From positions 1,977 to 65,976 of the forward strand of contig JAADGQ010000112.1 in NCBI GenBank assembly GCA_013152295.1: DNA of 64,000 nucleotides, written 5' to 3'. The notes under the pieces were generated by a model. That model had not been told where the DNA came from, ran no database searches, and saw only the letters and a list, made by a program, of their open reading frames with translations. Source of the DNA: Gammaproteobacteria bacterium. Lineage in GTDB: Bacteria; Pseudomonadota; Gammaproteobacteria; JAADGQ01. This document shows positions 25,801 to 36,856 of this stretch, in pieces. The stretch's first letter is position 1, and each line of letters begins with the position of its first letter. The translations under genes were made by a program, and so were the position numbers.

Positions 25801-27627
25801 GACGGTGTAGCGCTGGACGATTTTGAGCGCAGTGAAATCACCACATCCAATTACGGCTATTTCAATGTGGCGTTACGCACTGAGGCGCAGGATCTGGTCG
25901 ACTATATTCGTGGCAAAGAGGTTACTGGACTGCGCAACCGGACAGTTGATTACGACGGTGATAATTTGCCAGAGGTGATGCGCCTCGGCGATATCATCCA
26001 CTCGACGCCGACGCCCGTCGGTGCACCAGCAGAGGACTTTCAGCTGCTCTACGGTGACACCTCCTACGATACGTTTCGTAAAGCCTACCTGAAGCGTCGC
26101 CAAGTGGTCTATGTGGGTGGCAATGACGGCATGCTGCACGCGTTTAATTCCGGTTTTTACGATGCGGCGAACCAGAGTTTTGTCAAGCAGCTCAATGGTG
26201 AGGTTGAGCATCCGTTGGGTAGCGAGCTGTGGGCATATGTGCCGCGCGCGCTGTTGCCACATCTCAAATGGTTGGCGGACCCCGACTATACCCATGTCTA
26301 CTACATCGACGCTCAACCGCGTGTATTCGATGCGAAAATTTTTCCCAGCGATACCGATCACCCCGGTGGATGGGGCACAGTGCTTGTTGTCGGTATGCGT
26401 TTCGGTGGTGGGGCGATGACCATTGATACCGCAGCAGATGGCTTGAACGGTGGTGCTGATGACATTGAGCTGCGCTCCTCATATGTCATTATGGATATCA
26501 CCAACCCCGAGTCACCGCCCAGCCTGATCGCCGAAATATCGCCAGAAAACCTCGGTTTTACCACCTCATTCCCGACAGCGATGGCGATTCGTGAAAATGA
26601 CGGATCACCCAATCAGTGGTATCTGATTTTTGGCTCTGGCCCCACCAATTTAGGTACGGCGACCAGCAGCCAGACGGGACGAATTTTTATATACGACCTG
26701 AATGACAAAAATTTTGTCGGTGGTTATGGTGGTAATGGCACGAAAAACGCGTTGGATGGCAACAGCTTTGTCGGCAATCCGGTGACTGCCGACTGGAATC
26801 TCGACTATAAGGCCGATGCGCTCTATTTTGGAACAGCGGCAGGAGCGGCAGCCTCTCCCTCCGGCAAGCTTTACCGTCTGCTCATTAATGGAGAGTCTGA
26901 CGAGACCGCCTGGCCGAGCCCCGATCTGCTACTGGATGCGGGGCAGCCAATGCTGGTGACACCCGCGTTGGGTATCGACAGCAAGCTTAATCGCTGGATC
27001 TTTCAGGGTACCGGGCGCCTCTTTGTCAGTGAAGATGAAGCCAGCAAGGCACAGCAATCGCTCTATGGGGTAATCGATAAAAATGGTGAGGTTGGCAGTA
27101 ATGCTACGGCTAAGGCGGATCTGTTAAATGTGACTGCGGCGGTTGTGAAAGGGGATGGCTCGGTGAGTGGTGTGGGGTCGGTATCTGACTTTGACTCACT
27201 CGAAACTGCAGTCGAGAGTGCCGGGGGTTGGCAGCGTGATCTGCCGGTCTCTAGCACTAAGTCAGCGGAGCGTATGGTCAGTGAGTTGGCCCTGTTGAGC
27301 AAAGTGCTCTTTGCAGCAGCATTCACCCCCGACACCGATCAATGTAATGCGGAGGGGGCGAGTGTTCTCTATGGTTTAAATTTCACCACCGGCACAGCAT
27401 CGCCGACGCTGCCTACATTTGGTACAGACTCGGGCGGTATATCTACTCCCAGTGTCTATCTGGGCGTTGGGTTGGCAGCGACACCCAGTCTGCACGCAGC
27501 GGCTGGACTGAACAGTAATCAAGTGAACATTCTGGTGCAGACGGCGCAGGGTGAGATCATACAGATGGATGCCAATACCGGCTCATCGGCGCACAGTGGT
27601 GAAACTTCCTGGCGGGAGATTCAGTAG
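22831..27627 (+). CDS. pilY1: type IV pilus tip adhesin / assembly protein PilY1 (PilC family), unusually long
   Basis: Signal peptide MTFVNARLAGFLKGMLLSVLFVPVIYTVPLHAEV, after SD aggaga. Conserved PilY1 N-terminal block (YFDSGKCYSYSGDRFVP...CSGATWSGNFLNWATMARIDAVRRVLFGG). C-terminal PilC/PilY1 beta-propeller block (VVYVGGNDGMLHAFNSGFYD...ELWAYVPRALLPHLKWLADPDYTHVYYIDAQPRVFDAKIF...VLVVGMRFGGGAMTID). Roughly 1600 aa, versus about 1000-1200 for typical PilY1. Confidence 0.85.
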   Translation: MTFVNARLAGFLKGMLLSVLFVPVIYTVPLHAEVSGDRLGDFTVYPTVTPESVTPMVLIAASNDHQLYFKAYSDYHDIDEDGVVDSKDITYNHAVDYYGYFDSGKCYSYSGDRFVPSSLADSNNYCSGATWSGNFLNWATMARIDAVRRVLFGGHRRIDTAGSTVLERTYLPNDAHSWAKYYSGSDLENLTPFSGPDIADGITLCNTTVNNGSLTSQNVTDPPLVRVARGNYSLWAGNERWQCRWSGEKNSSNGNDPAKSGINASASSPSLDDDGLGGGDYTVRVEVCVSSMLEANCKEYPDGNYKPIGLLQRYGDDDKLLFGMFAGSYQKNKSGGVLVSDIGSMSDEINVDSDGTFKKVAATAQNGGVASAAAGGIINAWSLYRIINYRYGGSGENPGTYGVDGNNADNCKWGLNSFPNGTCQNWGNPFSEIYLNALRYLAGQNPTTQFSTSGTPVIDGLTTPSSWNCPLSEDNACARLSIVNINASVLSYDGDELDGAGYGIGTLGASQDSAQLTDIVGEGEGIHGNSYFVGANGSDNNQLCTGKTVSSLGAVEGICPEAPRLDGSYRIAGLAHWAHTNDIRSSDTANDAELEGTQSVDTYSVVLAPALPKISIPVPGSATATISILPACQSFYNGGLVGNCAIVNFQIVTPYTLSSDGSSAVGKFYVNWEDSEQGGDFDNDMWGTIEYTITASTVAVTTEVHDEAADFNMGFGYVIGGTTQDGYHAHSGINGYSYTDPTGVSACSGCEESNPATRVTYAINAGGSVVTLLEDPLFYAAKWGNFNDKNGNDKPDLQSEWDEQDADGKDNPDGLPDNYFLVTNPRKLEDSLQRVFEAVLEKTASGTAASVATASREGTGAVYQALYETTVIDSDAREARWIGNVHALWIDQNGFMREDGGVKGKLEGYDVDPVIEIFYDANDKVTRVRRKSSSSSGTFEDSGSSVVPLSELNPIWNARDQLSALSAATIDSQRVYASLASGGRHIVTSFDGVALDDFERSEITTSNYGYFNVALRTEAQDLVDYIRGKEVTGLRNRTVDYDGDNLPEVMRLGDIIHSTPTPVGAPAEDFQLLYGDTSYDTFRKAYLKRRQVVYVGGNDGMLHAFNSGFYDAANQSFVKQLNGEVEHPLGSELWAYVPRALLPHLKWLADPDYTHVYYIDAQPRVFDAKIFPSDTDHPGGWGTVLVVGMRFGGGAMTIDTAADGLNGGADDIELRSSYVIMDITNPESPPSLIAEISPENLGFTTSFPTAMAIRENDGSPNQWYLIFGSGPTNLGTATSSQTGRIFIYDLNDKNFVGGYGGNGTKNALDGNSFVGNPVTADWNLDYKADALYFGTAAGAAASPSGKLYRLLINGESDETAWPSPDLLLDAGQPMLVTPALGIDSKLNRWIFQGTGRLFVSEDEASKAQQSLYGVIDKNGEVGSNATAKADLLNVTAAVVKGDGSVSGVGSVSDFDSLETAVESAGGWQRDLPVSSTKSAERMVSELALLSKVLFAAAFTPDTDQCNAEGASVLYGLNFTTGTASPTLPTFGTDSGGISTPSVYLGVGLAATPSLHAAAGLNSNQVNILVQTAQGEIIQMDANTGSSAHSGETSWREIQ

Positions 27628-27670
27628 CAATCCAGTAGTAACGATCCAGTAACAAAAAGGAGCATGCGGC

Positions 27671-28156
27671 ATGGTTGATAGCAGAGCATTTGCGCAGCAG
27701 AGAAAAAATAGCGTACGTCTGCAGGGATTTACACTGATCGAGTTGCTGGTCGTTCTGGTGATTATGGCGATTCTGTTGTCGATTGCGGTGCCGGGTTATC
27801 AGACGTACGTCGATCGAACACGACGTGCTGATGCCCAGGCCGCATTAGTGCTGCTGTCTGGCGCTATGGAGCGCTTTTATACGGAAAACAACAGCTATTT
27901 GGGAGCCGCTAACGGCGGCGGGAATACAGGCGCGCCAGGCATCTTTAATACAACGGTGCCGCTGGATGGCGGTACGGCGAACTACAATTTAACGATCAAC
28001 GCCGCTACCGCCACGACCTTTACCCTGCGTGCGACCCCAGTGGGGGTGCAGGATGGCGACGGTTTGCTTGAATATACCAATGCCGGGGTTAGGCGTTGGG
28101 ATAAAAACGATGACGGGGATACGGGCGATGCCGGCGAAGATAATTGGTCGCGTTGA
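27671..28156 (+). CDS. pilE: type IV minor pilin PilE-like
   Basis: RLQG|FTLIELLVVLVIMAILLSIAVPGYQTYVDRTRRADAQAAL, a type IVa pilin N-terminus. Last gene of the minor-pilin operon. Asp-rich C-terminal DKNDDGDTGD loop. Confidence 0.75.
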   Translation: MVDSRAFAQQRKNSVRLQGFTLIELLVVLVIMAILLSIAVPGYQTYVDRTRRADAQAALVLLSGAMERFYTENNSYLGAANGGGNTGAPGIFNTTVPLDGGTANYNLTINAATATTFTLRATPVGVQDGDGLLEYTNAGVRRWDKNDDGDTGDAGEDNWSR

Positions 28157-28165
28157 TTGCCACGT

Positions 28166-29119
28166 TCAGCGAGGCGAGGCTTGAGCCGTGCGCAGCTCTT
28201 TTGGTAGGGGAAATACCGTTGACTCTTCTACACCCTGCAGCGCATTGACGGTTTTGGCACCCCATCTTTTCAGATGCTGAATCACCTCTTCTACGAGCAC
28301 TTCAGGGGCTGAAGCGCCTGCAGTAATGCCCACGGTGGTTGCATTGTCGAACCACGACTGTTGCATCTCTTCTGCGCCATCGATCAGGTAGGCGCGGGTT
28401 CCCAGTTTTTCACCAATCTCTCTCAAGCGGTTTGAGTTCGAGCTGTTGACAGAACCGACCACGAGAATGACATCGCAGTTTTTGGCAAGCTGCTTGACCG
28501 CATCCTGACGGTTCTGCGTGGCGTAGCAGATGTCATCGCTTTTGGGGCCGGTAATCTGCGGATAGCGTTGGCGCAGCAGCGTGATGATGGTGCTGGTGTC
28601 ATCCATTGAGAGCGTTGTTTGGGTGACGTACGCCAGCTTATCAGGATGCTGGATCTCAAGACGCGCCACATCATCGGCCGTCTCCACGAGATGAATCGCA
28701 TTGCTGGTGCTGCTTTTCAGCTGGCCGAGCGTACCCTCTACCTCCGGGTGACCAGCGTGTCCGATAAGGATGAGTTCGTAGCCATCGCGATTGTGGCGAG
28801 CCACCTCCAGATGGACTTTGGTGACCAGTGGACAGGTTGCATCAAAGATGTTTAGTCCGTGTTGTCGGGCTTCATCGCGCACGGCGATAGAGACGCCGTG
28901 CGCGCTGAATATGAGTGGTGCGCCGGGGGGAACCGAGGTCAGGTTGTCTATGAATATGGCGCCACGTTGACGCAAACCATCGACCACAAACTTATTGTGA
29001 ACGACTTCGTGACGAACATAGATCGGCGGGCCGTATAGCTCCAGTACCTGTTCGACAATTTCGATGGCGCGGTTGACGCCTGCACAGAAGCCACGCGGGT
29101 TAGCGAGAAGAATTTGCAT
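28166..29119 (-). CDS. ispH: 4-hydroxy-3-methylbut-2-enyl diphosphate reductase
   Basis: IspH/LytB from Met73 of the 389-aa track ORF ([22 protein letters not shown]...), giving 318 aa. The upstream 72 codons of the ORF are Ser/Thr/Arg-rich and read as an over-extension into the lspA-ispH spacer. Confidence 0.85.
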   Translation of the reverse strand: MQILLANPRGFCAGVNRAIEIVEQVLELYGPPIYVRHEVVHNKFVVDGLRQRGAIFIDNLTSVPPGAPLIFSAHGVSIAVRDEARQHGLNIFDATCPLVTKVHLEVARHNRDGYELILIGHAGHPEVEGTLGQLKSSTSNAIHLVETADDVARLEIQHPDKLAYVTQTTLSMDDTSTIITLLRQRYPQITGPKSDDICYATQNRQDAVKQLAKNCDVILVVGSVNSSNSNRLREIGEKLGTRAYLIDGAEEMQQSWFDNATTVGITAGASAPEVLVEEVIQHLKRWGAKTVNALQGVEESTVFPLPKELRTAQASPR

Positions 29120-29150
29120 AGGCTTTAACGCGGTTTCCTCATTAATTGAT

Positions 29151-29651
29151 TCAAGCCAGATCGCTATTTTGCTGCTGCGTATTAAACAGCGCGTTATAGA
29201 GCAAGATGGCAGCACCGACACAGATCGCCGAATCGGCAACGTTAAATGCCGGCCAGTGCCAGTTGTTGTAGTAGACATCGATAAAATCGACGACATAACC
29301 CAGCTGCACGCGGTCCCACAAGTTTCCGAGCGCACCGCCGAGAATCAGCGCCAGCGCCAGCGCCAGCCACTTTTCGTCGGCTTTAAGGCGCAACATCCAG
29401 ACGGCAATAATAGCGCTGACAACAGTTGCGACGGCGCTGAGAAAGATGCGCTGCCAGCCGGGTGCGTCGCTGAGCATGCTGAACGCAGCGCCACTGTTGT
29501 GGGCCAGGATGATATTCAGAGACGGAGCGATGGCCACAGATTCGTAGAGCGCCCAATTAGCACTGATCAGTGCTTTGCTCAACTGGTCTGCAATAATGAC
29601 CAATAGTGTCAACCACAGCCACTTGGCACCGGGTCTGGCCGCTAAATTCAT
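29151..29651 (-). CDS. lspA: lipoprotein signal peptidase II
   Basis: 166-aa polytopic protein with LspA conserved blocks ([29 protein letters not shown]). Confidence 0.85.
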   Translation of the reverse strand: MNLAARPGAKWLWLTLLVIIADQLSKALISANWALYESVAIAPSLNIILAHNSGAAFSMLSDAPGWQRIFLSAVATVVSAIIAVWMLRLKADEKWLALALALILGGALGNLWDRVQLGYVVDFIDVYYNNWHWPAFNVADSAICVGAAILLYNALFNTQQQNSDLA

Positions 29652-29694
29652 CGTGGTGTTCTCATTTTTTTATCTCTTTATTTGCGAGTGAATG

Positions 29695-32532
29695 TCAGGC
29701 GAAACGGCGTGTTTCGCCACTGCCCGCGACATTTTGTAGACAACGCCCGCACAGTGCTGGGTGCGTTTCGTCCTGGCCAACCTCTGCGCGGTGGTGCCAG
29801 CAGCGGGCACACTTGGGGTGTACCGAGGCACTTGCTTGAATGGCAATTTCGCCGCCGCTGGCGAGCGTTGTTGTGCTCAGCTTGGCGGGTTTGTCCGCAA
29901 GCGGATGGATCTGCGCGTATGAGGTAATCAGCACGAAGCGCAGTTCGTCATCCAGTTGTGTGAGCAGTGCGTGGTTCTGTGGGTCGCAATAGAGGTTGAT
30001 CTCGGCATCCAGCGGCGAGCCGATCTCACCGGCAGCGCGTAGCGCTTCAAGCTCTTTGCTGACAGCGTCGCGTACAGCAGTAACCTGCTTCCAGTAGGAC
30101 AATCCCAGCGTTTGGGTCTCCGTTAAGAAGTCATTGCAGGGGGTGTACCAGCGTGCCAAAAATACAGAGGCACCCCGCTCACCGGGTAGATGGCCCCAGA
30201 TCTCTTCTGCGCTAAAACTGAGAATCGGCGCCAGCCAGCGGGCCAATGCTTCGACGATGTGATACATGGCGGACTGTGCAGAGCGGCGGGCGATACTGTC
30301 GGGTTGAGTGGTGTACTGCCGATCTTTGATGATGTCGAGGTAGAAGCTGCCCATCTCGACGGTGCAGAAGTTGTGCACTTTTTGGTAGATCAGGTGGAAT
30401 TCAAATGACTCATAGGCGGCGATGATCTCTGCCTGCAGTTGCAGGGCGCGGCTCACTGCCCAGCGATCCAGGGCGACCATATCGTCGGCGGCGACCAGAT
30501 CGCTCTCTGGATTAAAGCCGTTGATGTTGGCCAGTAGAAAGCGCGCGGTGTTACGCAGACGCCGATAGGTGTCTGCGGTGCGTTTGAGAATCTCGTCCGA
30601 GACACTCATTTCAGCGCTGTAGTCAGTAGAGGCGACCCACAGACGGATGATGTCTGCGCCCAGGGTGTTGGCCACTTTTTCGGGGGCGATAACGTTGCCA
30701 ACGGATTTGGACATCTTGCGCCCTTGCCCATCAACGGCAAAACCGTGGGTGAGAACGGCTCTGTAGGGCGCATGGCCATGCATCGCGACCGAAGTTAGCA
30801 ACGAAGATTGAAACCAGCCGCGGTGCTGATCTGATCCCTCCAGATAGAGGTCAGCGGGAAAGCGTAGTGATTCGCGCTGCTCCAGCACGCAGGCATGGGT
30901 CACGCCCGAGTCAAACCAGACATCCAGCGTGTCGGTGACTTTGTCGTAGTTGTCAGCATCGTCACCGAGCAGCTGCTTCGGATCAAGATCGAACCAAGCG
31001 TCGATCCCCTGCTGCTCCACGAGTTGTGCGACTCTCTCGATGAGGTTTGCTGTATCCGGGTGGGGTTCGCCGCTGGCTTTATCGACGAACAGTGCAATAG
31101 GGACGCCCCAGGTGCGCTGCCGTGAAATGCACCAGTCGGGACGGTTATTGACCATGCTCTCGATGCGCGCCTCTCCCCAGCCCGGTTTCCACTGTACCTG
31201 TTTGATCGCCTCCAGTGCGCTGTCGCGCAGCCCGTTTTGCGTCATGCTGATGAACCACTGTGGCGTTGCGCGGAAGATGATCGGCGTTTTGTGGCGCCAG
31301 CAGTGTGGGTAGCTGTGGCGAATGGGCTGGGTGTGCAGCAGTGCGCCGTTGTTGCGCAGCAGGTCGATGATGGGGTCGTTGGCTTTGAATACATACTCGC
31401 CAGCAAACAGCTCGGTGTCGGGGAGGAATTTGCCTGTTGCATCCACCGGGTTATCGACCGGCAGGTTGTAGCGCATGCCGACCACGAAGTCGTCCTGGCC
31501 GTGACCGGGCGCTGTATGCACGGCGCCGGTGCCTGCATCAAGTGTGACGTGATCGCCGAGGATGATCGGTACCTGGCGCGGGTAAAACGGGTGTTGCAGC
31601 AAGATGCCTTCGAACGCAGCACCGTTGCACTGGCCGAGAACGGTGTAATCGCTACAGTCCCAGCGCTGCATGATGTCGTCAACGAGTGCCTCTGCCAGCA
31701 GCAGGCGCCAGGCTACGCCATCGAGTTGGCACTGCACAAGTACGTACTGTAACTCAGGATTGAGTGCCACCGCTTGGTTGGCGGGTAGCGTCCACGGTGT
31801 GGTGGTCCAGATAACCACGGCCACGCGGCCTTCGCTCTGTTTCATTGGTGTCGGAAAGCACTTTAGCAGCGTTGTTTCGTCAACGGCGGTGAAGGCGACA
31901 TCAATAGATGGGGAGGTTTTCTCTTCGTGTTCGACCTCGGCCTCTGCCAGTGCAGAGCCACACTGCGGGCACCAGTGGACCGGCTTAAAACCCTTGTGCA
32001 GGTGCTTTGCTTCAACGATACGGCCGAGGCTGCGGATGATGTCTGCCTCGAAGCGAAAATCCATGGTGAGGTAGGGGTTGTCCCAATCACCCAATACACC
32101 GAGTCGTTCAAATCCGGCGCGCTGGCGTGCAACCTGTTTTTTTGCGTAATCGCGACAGGCGCGGCGGAAGGTTTTGGCATCAACTTTATGGCCTGCTTTG
32201 CCAATTTTTTTCTCGACCATCAGTTCGATGGGTAGGCCGTGGCAATCCCAGCCGGGGATGTAGGGTGCGTCATAGCCCGACAGCGACTTGGCCTTAACAA
32301 TGATGTCTTTGAGGATTTTGTTGACCGCATGGCCGATGTGAATGTCACCATTGGCATAGGGTGGTCCGTCGTGCAGGATGTATGGTTTGGAGCCTTTACG
32401 GGATGCTCTGATCTGGCTGTAGATGTCCGCTTCCTGCCAACGCTTGAGCATCTGTGGCTCACGGTTGGCGAGGTTCGCTTTCATCGGAAAAGCCGTTTTC
32501 GGGAGGTTGAGCGTGTGTTTGTAGTCAGCCAT
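29695..32532 (-). CDS. ileS: isoleucyl-tRNA synthetase
   Basis: 945 aa. HIGH motif ([15 protein letters not shown]), KMSKS motif ([10 protein letters not shown]), C-terminal zinc-binding Cys cluster. Classic ribF-ileS-lspA order. Confidence 0.92.
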   Translation of the reverse strand: MADYKHTLNLPKTAFPMKANLANREPQMLKRWQEADIYSQIRASRKGSKPYILHDGPPYANGDIHIGHAVNKILKDIIVKAKSLSGYDAPYIPGWDCHGLPIELMVEKKIGKAGHKVDAKTFRRACRDYAKKQVARQRAGFERLGVLGDWDNPYLTMDFRFEADIIRSLGRIVEAKHLHKGFKPVHWCPQCGSALAEAEVEHEEKTSPSIDVAFTAVDETTLLKCFPTPMKQSEGRVAVVIWTTTPWTLPANQAVALNPELQYVLVQCQLDGVAWRLLLAEALVDDIMQRWDCSDYTVLGQCNGAAFEGILLQHPFYPRQVPIILGDHVTLDAGTGAVHTAPGHGQDDFVVGMRYNLPVDNPVDATGKFLPDTELFAGEYVFKANDPIIDLLRNNGALLHTQPIRHSYPHCWRHKTPIIFRATPQWFISMTQNGLRDSALEAIKQVQWKPGWGEARIESMVNNRPDWCISRQRTWGVPIALFVDKASGEPHPDTANLIERVAQLVEQQGIDAWFDLDPKQLLGDDADNYDKVTDTLDVWFDSGVTHACVLEQRESLRFPADLYLEGSDQHRGWFQSSLLTSVAMHGHAPYRAVLTHGFAVDGQGRKMSKSVGNVIAPEKVANTLGADIIRLWVASTDYSAEMSVSDEILKRTADTYRRLRNTARFLLANINGFNPESDLVAADDMVALDRWAVSRALQLQAEIIAAYESFEFHLIYQKVHNFCTVEMGSFYLDIIKDRQYTTQPDSIARRSAQSAMYHIVEALARWLAPILSFSAEEIWGHLPGERGASVFLARWYTPCNDFLTETQTLGLSYWKQVTAVRDAVSKELEALRAAGEIGSPLDAEINLYCDPQNHALLTQLDDELRFVLITSYAQIHPLADKPAKLSTTTLASGGEIAIQASASVHPKCARCWHHRAEVGQDETHPALCGRCLQNVAGSGETRRFA

Positions 32533-32685
32533 TCTCTATTGATAATTCCTTGCCTGCGGGAAGTGTTGTCAGTGCCATCTTACTTTTTAAACCGATGAGA
32601 TCGCTTCCTGTTTCAGCTGATCCCACTCAAGTGAAACCGGTCATTATAGGGCGGCTTGCGCTGAGGTTCGAGAAAATATATTCGT

Positions 32686-33615
32686 TTAGCCAGCAAAAAA
32701 GAGCTGCGCTGCCACCACATCTTGCTGGATCTGTTGTGTCAGTGCGTCGATGGATGCAAAGCGCTGCTCATCGCGCAGTTTGTGTTGAATGTCGATTTGT
32801 ACATATTGGCCGTATATATCCTCAGCGAAGTCGAACAGGTGTACCTCCAGTTGACAGCGTGTGCCATTTACAGTGGGTCGCGTACCGATATTTGCCACGC
32901 CTTGCAGCGGCTCTTCGTTGAGCCCGAACAGCTCCACAGCATAGACGCCGTGAAGAGGTGTGGAGCGTCGATGCAGGTGAATGTTTGCAGTGGGAAAGCC
33001 GATCTGGCGCCCACGCTTGTCGCCATGAGCAACGCGGCCAGAAATTCGGTAGGGCCGACCCAGCAGCTTTTCTGCGGCGCTAAGATCGTTGTTTGTCAGC
33101 GCTGCTCTGATGCGAGTGCTGCTGACCCGTGCACCGTCGATGGCAAAGGTGTGCATGTTCACGACTTGGAAATCATGTTTTTTGCCTGCGGCTTGCAGCA
33201 TAGCGAAGTCACCGCGACGTTGGTGGCCAAAGCGAAAGTCATCTCCCACTATTAGATAACGGGTTTTAAGCCCATTGAGCAGGACTGTGTTGATGAAGGT
33301 CTCAGCAGGCATGGATGCGAGCTTTTCATTAAATTGCAGGCACAGCAGCGAATCGACAGAGAAGCGTCTGATTGTCTGATATTTCTCGCGAAAGCGGGTG
33401 AGGCGGGGCGGTGGTGTCGTACGATTGAAAAATTCAACGGGGTGTGGCTCAAAGGTGATGACTACGGAGGGTAGTTTAAGCTCAGCCGCTTTTTCGGAGA
33501 GTTGTCCCAATATGGCTTGATGACCCAGGTGCACGCCGTCAAAGTTTCCGATAGTGACGACGCTACCGTCGTGGCAGGGTGAGTGAATGTTGTGGAGGCC
33601 GCGTACGAGCTTCAT
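32686..33615 (-). CDS. ribF: bifunctional riboflavin kinase / FMN adenylyltransferase
   Basis: N-terminal FAD synthetase (VVTIGNFDGVHLGHQ) and C-terminal riboflavin kinase (GFPTANI, PTVNGTRCQLEVHLFDF). Confidence 0.88.
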   Translation of the reverse strand: MKLVRGLHNIHSPCHDGSVVTIGNFDGVHLGHQAILGQLSEKAAELKLPSVVITFEPHPVEFFNRTTPPPRLTRFREKYQTIRRFSVDSLLCLQFNEKLASMPAETFINTVLLNGLKTRYLIVGDDFRFGHQRRGDFAMLQAAGKKHDFQVVNMHTFAIDGARVSSTRIRAALTNNDLSAAEKLLGRPYRISGRVAHGDKRGRQIGFPTANIHLHRRSTPLHGVYAVELFGLNEEPLQGVANIGTRPTVNGTRCQLEVHLFDFAEDIYGQYVQIDIQHKLRDEQRFASIDALTQQIQQDVVAAQLFFAG

Positions 33616-33825
33616 GTCAAAGTGTGTCCGCTGAGAGCTGGAAAGCAGTGATTATAGGTTCGGGTCTGGCTAATAGAAAACAGCCGGATAGTAATCGGTT
33701 GGAAATGTGCAGTTTTGTGTCACGGTTCTTACCCGTTCGCTATTATTGCGCTGATGGGTGTGTGGTGGTTGCTTGCCTGCGCCGTTGGGCGATATACTCC
33801 GGCGGTTTGAGTAGGGCGGCTGCGC

Positions 33826-34035
33826 GTGACGAAAAAACAGGCGGAAAAGGGCAGCGCACTGTTGCTCGTTGGTGTGGGTACGATGCTGACATCGATGGTG
33901 GTGTCGGGGTTTCTGCTCGGATATCTTGTCGATTCATGGCTGGATAGTCGTCCTGTGTTCATGTTAGTATTCGCGCTCCTTGGGTTTGTCGGCGGAATTC
34001 TGAAAGTCCATAAAATAATGAGCAGGCTTTGGTGA
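33826..34035 (+). CDS. AtpZ/AtpI-family small membrane protein (ATP synthase gene-1 type)
   Basis: 69-aa two-helix membrane protein (GSALLLVGVGTMLTSMVVSGFLLGYLVDSWLDSRP...). Immediately precedes atpI at the head of the atp operon. GTG start. Confidence 0.6.
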   Translation: MTKKQAEKGSALLLVGVGTMLTSMVVSGFLLGYLVDSWLDSRPVFMLVFALLGFVGGILKVHKIMSRLW

Positions 34036-34036
34036 T

Positions 34037-34432
34037 TTGATTTTGGAGAGCCCAGCTCACGGACAGTTGATTGCCGGAACACGTAAGATCATTGCTGTAC
34101 AGGTGGTGGGCGGTGTCTTAGCCGCTGCGGGCTTTTATCTGGCCAAGGGGTCATGGGAGGCGCTTTCAGCTTTCTGCGGCGCATTGATAGCGGTGGTGAT
34201 GGCCACATGCTTGGCGCTCGGGGTTCTATGGGCCGCCAGACAAGCGCAGCAAAATCCCAAAGTGAGTCAACTCATATTGTACGCGGGTGCCGCGTTACGA
34301 TTTTTGTTGGTGCTTGTGTTATTTGCCATCGCGCTGGCCGCATTGAGGCTGGATCCGTTGGCTACCATCATAGGTTTTTGCCTTGCGCAGGCCGCGTATA
34401 TTGCGAGTATGGTTTCGCGTCGGCCTGGGTGA
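34037..34432 (+). CDS. atpI: ATP synthase protein I
   Basis: 131-aa hydrophobic protein in the atpI position. Confidence 0.7.
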   Translation: MILESPAHGQLIAGTRKIIAVQVVGGVLAAAGFYLAKGSWEALSAFCGALIAVVMATCLALGVLWAARQAQQNPKVSQLILYAGAALRFLLVLVLFAIALAALRLDPLATIIGFCLAQAAYIASMVSRRPG

Positions 34433-34493
34433 GTTTTGTCGGTTTTTACATTCTGTTTTTTACACGTACTCAGAGCATTGCTTGGCTAATTAG

Positions 34494-35369
<876 letters not shown>

Positions 35370-35462
35370 GTGAATAAAGCGTTTTACCACTTGCTACAGG
35401 TTAAGATAACCTGCTCGGCAGGTGGGCCAGGGTTCGATTTTTGTTTTTTTAGTTATAGTTAA

Positions 35463-35768
<306 letters not shown>

Positions 35769-35816
35769 TCCGATCGCACCACTAGCTATTATTTTGGTGA
35801 GTCGGGGAGACAGGAA

Positions 35817-36287
35817 ATGAATATTACCTTAACTCTGATCTTTCAGATGGCTGCATTTATTCTGTTGATTGTTTTTGTCAACAGAGTTTTGTGGAGCCCG
35901 CTATCGGGCATGCTGGAGGATCGTCAGAAGCGAATTTCGGATGGATTGGCTGCCGCAGAAAAGGGGCAGCACGAGCAGGTCTTGGCAGAAAAACGCGCCA
36001 AGGAGTTGATTCAGGAAGCGAAATCACAGGCTGCTGAAATTTTGGCTCAGGCAGAAAAGCGCGCAGGTGAAGTTGTCGAAGAGTCTAAGTCGGATGCTCG
36101 CGCCGAGGGTGAGCGTTTGATTAGCGCGGCAAAATCTGAGATCGAGCAAGAGATTAACCGGGTCAAAGAGCAGTTGCGTAGCCAGGTTGCCAGTGTTGCC
36201 GTTGCCGGTGCTGAGAAAATTCTCGGTAAAGAGATCGACAGCAAGTCTCATGACAAACTGCTCGGCGATCTGATAGCGCGGGTTTAA
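35817..36287 (+). CDS. atpF: F0F1 ATP synthase subunit b
   Basis: N-terminal TM then long charged coiled coil, 156 aa. Confidence 0.88.
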   Translation: MNITLTLIFQMAAFILLIVFVNRVLWSPLSGMLEDRQKRISDGLAAAEKGQHEQVLAEKRAKELIQEAKSQAAEILAQAEKRAGEVVEESKSDARAEGERLISAAKSEIEQEINRVKEQLRSQVASVAVAGAEKILGKEIDSKSHDKLLGDLIARV

Positions 36288-36296
36288 AGGATAGAC

Positions 36297-36833
36297 ATGG
36301 CTGAAAAGAGAACGCTTGCAAGGCCTTACGCTCAAGCCGCATTTGATTGGGCCAGTGCTGCCGGAAATATGGCCGCTTGGTCGGACGCTCTGGAGTTGCT
36401 GTCGATCATCGCTAGTGATGAAAAGGTGAAGGCGCTGTTTGGGAATCCACGTGTTAGCAAAGAGGAGCTGGTTAGCCTATTTTGCGATATCGCGGGTGAA
36501 CAGCTTGATGATGCTGGTCGTAATTTTGTCAAGGTGCTGGCTGATGCCGCACGCTTAAATGTGCTGCCTGAAATTGCAGCGCATTATGAGCGATATCGGT
36601 CGCAGGCAGAGCGTAGCGTTGAAGCGGAAATCACTTCGGCTTTTCGGGTGACTAAAACGCAGCAGGAGAAGATTGCCAAAGCGTTAAAAGCACGCTTGGG
36701 TTGTGATGTCAGTCTGAAATGCACGATTGATAAGAGCCTGATAGGTGGAGCAATCATCCGCGCTGGAGATATGGTTATTGATGGTTCGGCACGGGGACAG
36801 CTTGGCAGATTAGCCACAGCGCTGTCTCACTAA
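36297..36833 (+). CDS. atpH: F0F1 ATP synthase subunit delta
   Basis: 178 aa (OSCP-like), in operon position. Confidence 0.85.
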   Translation: MAEKRTLARPYAQAAFDWASAAGNMAAWSDALELLSIIASDEKVKALFGNPRVSKEELVSLFCDIAGEQLDDAGRNFVKVLADAARLNVLPEIAAHYERYRSQAERSVEAEITSAFRVTKTQQEKIAKALKARLGCDVSLKCTIDKSLIGGAIIRAGDMVIDGSARGQLGRLATALSH

Positions 36834-36856
36834 ACGTCGTACGGGGAATAAAGCAA

